Positions 56,986 to 64,000 of a stretch of DNA of 64,000 bases are shown here, piece after piece; position 1 is the stretch's first letter; the number at the start of each line of letters is the position of its first letter. The position numbers and the translations under genes were made by a program. Below the pieces are notes generated by a model, which saw only the letters and a program-made list of their open reading frames with translations, searched no databases and was not told where the DNA came from. Source of the DNA: Candidatus Latescibacterota bacterium (lineage in GTDB: Bacteria > Latescibacterota > UBA2968); assembly GCA_965207885.1 (NCBI GenBank), contig OZ242311.1, positions 5,216,001 through 5,280,000 of the forward strand, written 5' to 3'.

Positions 56986-58605
56986 ATGGAAATAGCAAAT
57001 ATGTTTGCAGGTTGGGAATGGTGGGAGCAATACTTCTCACCCTTTGCACATATCATCTTACCTTTTACTATCCTCGTGTTCGGGTGGATAGTGGCTCATC
57101 TGGTGTCCTGGGTCGTCCGTCGAGTTCTGCTCAAAACGCAAGTAGATGACAGATTGCTCGAACTGGTCATGGGCCGCGACGCCGCCGCGAACATCCACGT
57201 TGAACGCTGGATCAGCAAGGCAGTGTTCTATCTGGTGATGATCTTCGTGCTCGTTGCCTTCTTTCAGATACTCGACCTGACGACAGTGACCGTCCCCCTC
57301 AACGCGATGCTGAGCCAAATTTTGATCTACTTACCCAAGCTGTTGGGCGCTGCCGCGCTGCTTTTGATTGCCTGGCTCGTGGGTAGCCTGTTGCGAAGAA
57401 TCGTAACGGCCGTGCTATCACGAGCAAATATCGAGCAACGTTTGGCTGAACCAGCCGGGCTTGAGACCGCAACAGAGAGCGGACTGCCGCAGACAATCGG
57501 CAACGTTGTGTACTGGCTCACCTTTCTCGTGCTACTCCCGGCCATCCTGGATGTCCTGGGCTTGCAGGGATTGCTACAACCAGTACAGCAGATGATGGCC
57601 AAAATTATCGGCTTTCTGCCCAACCTGTTTGCCGCCGCCCTCATCATGCTAATCGGCTGGCTCGGTGCGCGCATCGTCCAGCAGATAATCACCAACGTCC
57701 TCGACGCCACCGGGATAAACAATTTTGGTCGTCGCGTGGGACTGGCAACTGGACTGGGTATCGAAAGCCTTTCGGGGCTTGCCGGTACATTATCTTATGC
57801 GATCATCTTGATATTCGCAGCGATCACCGCCCTCGAATCGCTAAACTTCGAGGCTATTTCTAATCCCGCCAGTTCCATGCTGGAGGGAGTATTGACCGCA
57901 GTGCCGTCTATCCTGGTCGCTGGAGGCATCCTCCTCATCGGGTATCTGGTGGCTCGATTAGTATCCCGCATAGTTGATGATGTGCTCAGGCAAATGGGCT
58001 TCAACACGCTGCTACAACGCCTCGGAATAGCGGAAGTGACCGTTGCTGAGGAACAATCGCCTTCCATCGCGGAGGCAACCTCTGAGGGGGACCGCCCGTC
58101 TTCAACAATGGAGACAACCTTTGCGTTGGATCGTCCACCTTCGCAACTGGCGGGATATGTCGCCATGGTGGCGGTCCTCCTCTTCTCGGCCATTGAGGCA
58201 ACCGCGCAACTCGGATTTCAAGAACTGGCAAGCATGTTAGTGATGCTGACGCTGCTATTTGGCAAGGTTATCCTGGGCGTGGTGATCTTCGGTTTCGGGC
58301 TTTACCTCGCGTCCGTGTTCGGGCGCATCGCGTCCAGAAAAGGAGGTGCCTATGGCAGCATACTCAGTGCAATCGTCCGGATTGCAATCGTGGCACTGTC
58401 TCTCTTTATGGCGCTCGGGCAAATGGGCATCGCAAACGAGATTATTACCCTCGCCTTTGGACTCATCCTCGGTTCAGCAGCAATCGCCGCAGCGATCGCG
58501 TTCGGCATGGGAGGGCGTGACCTGGCGAAAAAACAGATGGAGCAATGGACACAGAGTCTCGAAGAAATAAATAACAATAGCCCTTCGGACTCAAAGGAAG
58601 AGTAA
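56986..58605 (+). CDS. CmpX-like TM-helix-repeat protein (mechanosensitive-channel associated)
   Basis: Repeated YLPKLLGA / FLPNLFAA...IGW units; terminal AIAFGMGGRDLA; ATG after GAAAGGA. Confidence 0.85.
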   Translation: MEIANMFAGWEWWEQYFSPFAHIILPFTILVFGWIVAHLVSWVVRRVLLKTQVDDRLLELVMGRDAAANIHVERWISKAVFYLVMIFVLVAFFQILDLTTVTVPLNAMLSQILIYLPKLLGAAALLLIAWLVGSLLRRIVTAVLSRANIEQRLAEPAGLETATESGLPQTIGNVVYWLTFLVLLPAILDVLGLQGLLQPVQQMMAKIIGFLPNLFAAALIMLIGWLGARIVQQIITNVLDATGINNFGRRVGLATGLGIESLSGLAGTLSYAIILIFAAITALESLNFEAISNPASSMLEGVLTAVPSILVAGGILLIGYLVARLVSRIVDDVLRQMGFNTLLQRLGIAEVTVAEEQSPSIAEATSEGDRPSSTMETTFALDRPPSQLAGYVAMVAVLLFSAIEATAQLGFQELASMLVMLTLLFGKVILGVVIFGFGLYLASVFGRIASRKGGAYGSILSAIVRIAIVALSLFMALGQMGIANEIITLAFGLILGSAAIAAAIAFGMGGRDLAKKQMEQWTQSLEEINNNSPSDSKEE

Positions 58606-58669
58606 CACTATTCTCGATATTTGGATTGGTGTTTGGAATATCTGTATAACACTGTGATCGCTAAGGAAT

Positions 58670-58705
58670 AGAAGCCCTGGGCGTTGAATAATGTCTGGGG
58701 CTTCT
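58670..58705. terminator. Hairpin downstream of the CmpX-like gene
   Basis: AGAAGCCCTGGGCGTT...AATGTCTGGGGCTTCT inverted repeat; no strong U-tract. Confidence 0.5.
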
Positions 58706-58902
58706 GTGTACAAATGCTTGACAGATAGACTCATAGCAGATTATTTAGGATTTGACAGCTATAGTAAAACCGGAAATTTTTGGCAGCACTCTGACTTTGA
58801 CAGCACCGCGAGATGGCCTGGTGATCGGACGGATCATATCGCCCCTGGTGCATCGCGGCGATGCGGTTTTGCATCTGGCGACGGAGATCGCTACACACTA
58901 AG

Positions 58903-59018
58903 TGGTCTGTCAAAAAAATTCGCTGATATATTTTTTTGATAGGCTGGATTGCGGCTTACACCATGCCGCAATGACAACCGTCGCTCGTCACGCCTGCATG
59001 TTTTAAGCAGGCGTCCAG
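58903..59018. repeat. REP-like palindromic element, copy B
   Basis: CTGGATTGCGG...CCGCAATGAC plus inverted unit GTCACGCCTGC...GCAGGCGTCCAG. Confidence 0.75.
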
Positions 59019-59029
59019 TGGATTAATTT

Positions 59030-61600
59030 ATGATTGATTATTTAAAAAAAATAAAAAATCGAACATACGAAATTCTCGAAGTCGCTGGTCCTTGCGACTT
59101 GTTCAGCCGGCGAATCAACTGGGCAATACTCGTTCTTGTGCTCTTTAATACGGGTGTTCAATGCCTCGATATCTGGTGGCCGAAAACCCTTGTAGAGTAT
59201 CTGCAGCGGTTCGAGTGGTGGCCGGGTAACGACATTCTACATTTTTATTTTCTCTATTATTCTTACTGGTTCGAATGGCTTTTTATTGGTTTGCTAATTG
59301 TCGAATATCTGGCGCGTATGTGGTGCGTCCATGCGGCTGGGGGAACACACCTTGCCACGCGGTTGCGTTTTGGACTTCATCTACTACAGATCGCCGATCT
59401 CATCGTCATTCTGAATTTTTTCTTTTCCATCGTATTATTCGATCTGCGGTTTCTGCGCCTGTTGCGCTGCCCGCGATTGATCGATCTCATTCGTTTCACC
59501 TATAACTACGCCGATCCTCCAGAGGGGGTTACAGGCTACAGGGCAGCCATTGGAAACATCCGACGCCAACTATCTGAGGTGCGCCAGGCAGTGCGTGTAG
59601 AGCAGGAGAAAGACATACAATCCGTCCGCCAGCACACGGAATCTACAGTTAGACAGTTGCGAAGGATACAACAAGATGTATCGATTCAACTGCGCCGTCG
59701 TCCTCAGGATCTGAAAGAGTCACTTCCTCAGACACGCGAAACCGTGCAAGACATTTTCGACTCGCTTCGTGCGGATTTGAGTAATCCCAATAATCTGTCC
59801 GAGGTGGAGGTATTAAATCAGGTCGCATTCCAAAATTCCTCCTCTGTTTTTGACAATCTGCCGGAAAAGGTCAGTTATGTACACGATCTGAATTGGAAAA
59901 ATCGAATAAGCTACCGGGTCGTCCCCCTGCGTCAGATTGGCTCTGCCCATTTCAGCGGTCTGGAAAACAAGGCCGATACTGCGTATCAGCAATTTGAAAA
60001 AATCCGCATTGAAGGATCGCTCGAAGGCGTGGACAGCGTGTTCGGTACGTTCAGGTACGCGATCAACACAGTTGAGAATGGCCTGTCGCAGGGAGATGAT
60101 GTACTGTCGCCCGATGTTCAGATGGGGTTCAATCGCGCGATCAATCGATTGCGGGACCTCAACGACTATACCCGAATGGCATGGGAGTCGCTGCTTTGGG
60201 AACTCGAATGCGAGCACCAGGAACGGTTGGAACTGATCGGTCAGGACGCTGACCGTTATGGTCGGATTGCGTTCTATCTTGCAAAACTCGGACGATTCGG
60301 GCGTCAGATTACTTCGACCGCCTTGAGAGCGTGCAGACAGGGATTGCTGCGCCTGTTGTCATTTCTCCGGGCACAGGCAGTCGTGCTATTCAATGCCGCT
60401 TCTGGCATTATCAAACCCGTGTTGCGCCGCCTGGATTTGATAGCACCGGTCGAACGCGAAGTCCGTCTGGCACTCGACAAAGCCAATCTGGAGTCGATCA
60501 AACATCTCGGGCTGCCGGAAGATTACATGGCTCATTTCGCTTTCGATTCTTTGAATGACGAGGCATTATTTATCGGATTTGACGAAGAGTTGGCTACTAT
60601 TGAACAGGCGATTCAGCGCTGGGAAGATGGTCTTACGTCTTCCTTCATCTTATTCGGACAACGGGGTGCGGGCAAAACGACATTGTTGAATATTGCTGTC
60701 TCGCGATTATTCGACGACGCTTCGGTCGTAACCCTGTCCGCAATTGAGTGCAAGATGACGACCGCGCCTGAACTGGTGTCCTATCTGGCAAATGTTCTTG
60801 AGATAGAAGGTGCGGCGAGCTTTGACGACCTATCTATAAAATTGTTGCAAGGACCACGACGCGCTGTGATACTCGAAGGGTGCCACAACCTTTTTTTCAA
60901 ATGTATCGGTGGTCTGGATGCAATCCAGCACCTGCTCTGGCTCATCGCGCGTACCAACCACCACATACTCTGGGGCATTTGTCTCGACCAGCATGCACGC
61001 GGCTATCTCGGTCTATGGCTCTCCCTGAATCGCCTATTTCACTTTGAGATCGGGATTCAGAGTTGGCTACCAGCAGAGTTGCAAATGCTTCTGATGCAGC
61101 GTCACAATCAGAGTGGCTATCGCCTGCGTTACGCGATAGATAAGGAATTGGAAAAAACCGTGCGTCGGCGCGTGCATCGCTGGCGCCGGCCAGAAGAGCC
61201 GGCTGTTCAGGATGTGCTGTCTCAGATCTATTTCAAGCGTCTGGCAGAGATTAGCCAGGAAAACATATTTGTCGCCCTTCTGTATTGGTTGCGGTCGCTT
61301 GAGCTTTCGGAAAGCGACCTCCTTATGGTTAATCCCGTCAGTGAGATTGACCTTGGAATTGTGCGCAATTTCTCGCTTGATCAGGCATTTATTCTGATCG
61401 CGGTATTGCAGCACGACAATCTTACCGCCGCCGAACTATCATCAATACTCGATAAAGACCTCATCCAGACCAGACTGGAACTCGAGATTCTGTGGAACGA
61501 CAATATTCTCGAATTCGATCAGGAATCGACGCGTTTCCGCATTAATCCCATTGGTTTGAAAGCCGTAGAAGAAATGCTGGAAGGGCGCGGTCTCTTGTAA
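59030..61600 (+). CDS. Voltage-sensor-like (S1-S4) domain fused to a helical region, P-loop NTPase and winged-helix
   Basis: VEYLAR (S2), IADL (S3), RFLRLLRCPR (S4); no pore or TVGYG; GQRGAGKT; AVILEG. Confidence 0.8.
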   Translation: MIDYLKKIKNRTYEILEVAGPCDLFSRRINWAILVLVLFNTGVQCLDIWWPKTLVEYLQRFEWWPGNDILHFYFLYYSYWFEWLFIGLLIVEYLARMWCVHAAGGTHLATRLRFGLHLLQIADLIVILNFFFSIVLFDLRFLRLLRCPRLIDLIRFTYNYADPPEGVTGYRAAIGNIRRQLSEVRQAVRVEQEKDIQSVRQHTESTVRQLRRIQQDVSIQLRRRPQDLKESLPQTRETVQDIFDSLRADLSNPNNLSEVEVLNQVAFQNSSSVFDNLPEKVSYVHDLNWKNRISYRVVPLRQIGSAHFSGLENKADTAYQQFEKIRIEGSLEGVDSVFGTFRYAINTVENGLSQGDDVLSPDVQMGFNRAINRLRDLNDYTRMAWESLLWELECEHQERLELIGQDADRYGRIAFYLAKLGRFGRQITSTALRACRQGLLRLLSFLRAQAVVLFNAASGIIKPVLRRLDLIAPVEREVRLALDKANLESIKHLGLPEDYMAHFAFDSLNDEALFIGFDEELATIEQAIQRWEDGLTSSFILFGQRGAGKTTLLNIAVSRLFDDASVVTLSAIECKMTTAPELVSYLANVLEIEGAASFDDLSIKLLQGPRRAVILEGCHNLFFKCIGGLDAIQHLLWLIARTNHHILWGICLDQHARGYLGLWLSLNRLFHFEIGIQSWLPAELQMLLMQRHNQSGYRLRYAIDKELEKTVRRRVHRWRRPEEPAVQDVLSQIYFKRLAEISQENIFVALLYWLRSLELSESDLLMVNPVSEIDLGIVRNFSLDQAFILIAVLQHDNLTAAELSSILDKDLIQTRLELEILWNDNILEFDQESTRFRINPIGLKAVEEMLEGRGLL

Positions 61601-61623
61601 TCTAAAACAGGAATCAGAGCATA

Positions 61624-62460
61624 ATGGATACTTCACCTCTCGAACAACTCACGGGAAGCGGTGGCTTACACATTAACGCCGCCAAAATATTGTCTGTCCT
61701 CCTGGTGATTGCGATAGCTTATGCGGTGACAACAATTATTCGTCTCGCGTTGGATTTCGGAGCCAACCGATTTCCTTCACATCGCTTGCTATTCAAGCGC
61801 GTTCAGCCACTGTTGCGTATCGGTATTTACGGGGTTGCGATTTATTATTCTATCGTTATTATTGCACCCGAACAAAATACCCTGCTCGCCCTGCTGGGAT
61901 CAATCGCTCTGGCACTTGGACTTGCCGCGAAAGATCTACTCAATGATCTTATTGGCGGTATTGTCGTGCTGTTTGACCGATCTTTTCAAATCGGCGATCG
62001 CGTGACAGTAGGCTCTTATTACGGCGAAGTCGTGTCGATTGGTCTGCGTAGCACAAAGCTACAGACGATCGATGATTCACTCGTCACCGTGCCGAATTCC
62101 ACATTGCTGACCTCTGGCGTATCGAATACCAATGCCGGGAACCTCGACTGCCAGGTTGTTGTAGATATATACCTGCCAGCACGGGCTGATTTGAAGGAGA
62201 TTGAAGATGTGGCTCACGAGGCTGTGTTGACATCCATGCTCGCATATCTTAAAAAACCAGTGGTGGTCAATGTTAAGGACAAATTTGAAGAGACGCACCT
62301 GACACATCTCGTGGTGAAAGCGTACGTATTTGACACGCGCTATGAGAACAGTTTCGCCACTGATCTTACCAGTCGTATTAAAAAGGAATTGTCCAGACGC
62401 AAGCTCATACCGTCTGATGTGCGTTTTACGGATGTTGTTGATGAGCCAGCGCATGATTGA
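61624..62460 (+). CDS. MscS-family small mechanosensitive channel
   Basis: ALGLAAKD, FQIGDRV, GEVVSIGLRST, VTVPNS. Confidence 0.92.
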   Translation: MDTSPLEQLTGSGGLHINAAKILSVLLVIAIAYAVTTIIRLALDFGANRFPSHRLLFKRVQPLLRIGIYGVAIYYSIVIIAPEQNTLLALLGSIALALGLAAKDLLNDLIGGIVVLFDRSFQIGDRVTVGSYYGEVVSIGLRSTKLQTIDDSLVTVPNSTLLTSGVSNTNAGNLDCQVVVDIYLPARADLKEIEDVAHEAVLTSMLAYLKKPVVVNVKDKFEETHLTHLVVKAYVFDTRYENSFATDLTSRIKKELSRRKLIPSDVRFTDVVDEPAHD

Positions 62461-62474
62461 AAAGGTGGCCTGCA

Positions 62475-64000
62475 TTGGAAAATCTTTTTTTTAAATTGCG
62501 ATCGCGAACTACTGACCCATTTGCGCGAATAAAAAATTATCTAAAATTTCGCGTTGAGCGATTGTTGTTGCTGGGCGTCCACTTTCACCTGCTGGTTATT
62601 GCTTCGGTAATCGGGCTGGTCGCCATTGGAGGTGGTTTGCTGGTGCAGGAAACGGACGCGCCTTTTGATGATCACGAAACAGCCATCTGGTGGGCATTTT
62701 TGCGGTTGACTGATCCGGGTTATTTGGGAGATGACGAAGGGCTTGCCCGCCGCGTGATTTCAACGGTGGTAACGGTGCTTGGGTACGTGCTTTTTATGGG
62801 GTCGTTGATCGCGATCATGACGCAGTGGCTCAATCAGACGATTCGCAATTTTGAGCGCGGGCTTACGCCCATTGTGCGTCGCAATCACATTTTGATTTTG
62901 GGATGGACCAATCGCACTTCTGAAATTGTCAGCGAGTTGATGCGCGCCGAAGGTCGTGTGCGCCGGTTTTTACAACTGCTCGGTGTGCGGCGCGGATTAC
63001 ACGTGGTAATTCTTTCCGAAGACGTGAGCCTGGAGCGCACGATGGAATTGCGGAGGGCACTGGGTTCTCTGTGGAATCCCAAGAAGATTACTTTTCGGTC
63101 GGGGATACCTCTGCGGATAGAACATCTGGAGCGCGTGGATTTCAAAAATGCGAGTGCCATTATTTTGCCCGGTGCAGATTTTGCTTATGGCAGTGCGGAT
63201 GAATCGGATATGCGCATTATAAAAACACTGATGTCGATATCGAATCAGGGCAAAAGAGGAGGTGGGACAGGAGATCTACCTTTGCTGGTGACAGAAATTT
63301 TCGATTCCGACAAAGTGTTTATGGCACAAAGAGCCTATAGAGGTATTTTAGAAATTTTGGCGAGCGATGTTTTTATTACGCGATGTATGGCGCAAAATGT
63401 GCGTCATCCGGGATTGTCACATGTGTTCCACGAGATTTTGTCGCACGGGCTTGGCAATGAGGTCTATATTCACACCTCCAAACAGTTTACGGGGTCTCGT
63501 TTTGGCGATCTATCAGGTGCGTATCCCAAAGCGATTTTGCTGGGCATAGTGCGTCCCCAGGGTGAGTCATTTTGCCCCCTGCTCAATCCACCCGAGGATC
63601 TGATTTTGGAATCAGAAGACCGGCTGGTCTTTTTGGCAGAAAATTACCGGGACTGTGAACCACTGAGAAATTATCAGTTAGAACGCGTATCGCGTAAATT
63701 TCAAGAGGTGTCTTATGCGAGGGAAAAAAGCAAACGACGCATCTTAATTTTGGGATGGAATCACAAAGCAGTAGATTTGCTCAAAGAGTTCGGCAGGCAG
63801 ATTGATGAACAGTTTGAGGTCGCGGTTTTGGCTCTTGTACCTACGGCGCAAAGAGAAGCAGAGATAAAACAAAAAGACATTGATCTGCGCCGCGTGGTTG
63901 TCACCCATCGCGAAGGTGAGACCACTTCGCTATCAAATTTAAGAGAAATGGAGCCAGATAGGTATGACAATGTGGTGATTTTAGGCAGTGATTGGGTAAA
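62475..64000 (+). CDS. CASTOR/POLLUX-related cation channel with RCK domains, partial (runs off window)
   Basis: Absent from the ORF track (no stop); TTG after AAAGGTGG; WWAFLRLTDPGYLGDD pore motif, NHILILGWT and RILILGWN RCK starts. Confidence 0.85.
   Translation, partial: MENLFFKLRSRTTDPFARIKNYLKFRVERLLLLGVHFHLLVIASVIGLVAIGGGLLVQETDAPFDDHETAIWWAFLRLTDPGYLGDDEGLARRVISTVVTVLGYVLFMGSLIAIMTQWLNQTIRNFERGLTPIVRRNHILILGWTNRTSEIVSELMRAEGRVRRFLQLLGVRRGLHVVILSEDVSLERTMELRRALGSLWNPKKITFRSGIPLRIEHLERVDFKNASAIILPGADFAYGSADESDMRIIKTLMSISNQGKRGGGTGDLPLLVTEIFDSDKVFMAQRAYRGILEILASDVFITRCMAQNVRHPGLSHVFHEILSHGLGNEVYIHTSKQFTGSRFGDLSGAYPKAILLGIVRPQGESFCPLLNPPEDLILESEDRLVFLAENYRDCEPLRNYQLERVSRKFQEVSYAREKSKRRILILGWNHKAVDLLKEFGRQIDEQFEVAVLALVPTAQREAEIKQKDIDLRRVVVTHREGETTSLSNLREMEPDRYDNVVILGSDWV

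Noticed and set aside
62453-62494. ATG 62453 as channel start with poly-T phase variation
   Set aside because: An in-frame TTG at 62475 with an RBS reads through the T8 tract without a shift

Overview
Bacterial chromosomal window, mostly + strand and gene-dense; the gene content (DUF6785-like membrane protein, sulfatase, paired Gfo/Idh/MocA genes, TIR/TPR proteins) suggests a Latescibacterota/Gemmatimonadota-like organism, possibly a marine host symbiont (inference only). In order: a polyamine-type ABC transporter with tandem substrate-binding genes; a MoxR ATPase / GXGXG beta-helix / pseudo-peptidase-VWA triad; FKBP, TruC and a catabolic cluster; argG and argH separated by a ~12 kb defence island (PLD-SNF2 helicase + N6-methyltransferase, TIR-TPR, minimal GIY-YIG, ATPase + DUF4276-like pair); a solo tnpB element whose exact ends, TAM and guide can be read; a CxxCH beta-barrel; two stand-alone TIR genes; two GcvT-family enzymes; ileS; an NTT-like carrier beside a degenerate 5'-nucleotidase fused to a beta-barrel; and a sigma54 activator facing a channel cluster. 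Most notable: (1) a pore-less voltage-sensor domain fused to a P-loop NTPase among CmpX, MscS and CASTOR/POLLUX-like genes; (2) a complete leader-peptide (Ile-codon) attenuator upstream of ileS; (3) the pseudo-nucleotidase barrel + nucleotide carrier pair; (4) the MoxR triad. No rRNA, tRNA or CRISPR array was seen. Family calls come from motif recognition by eye, not database searches.
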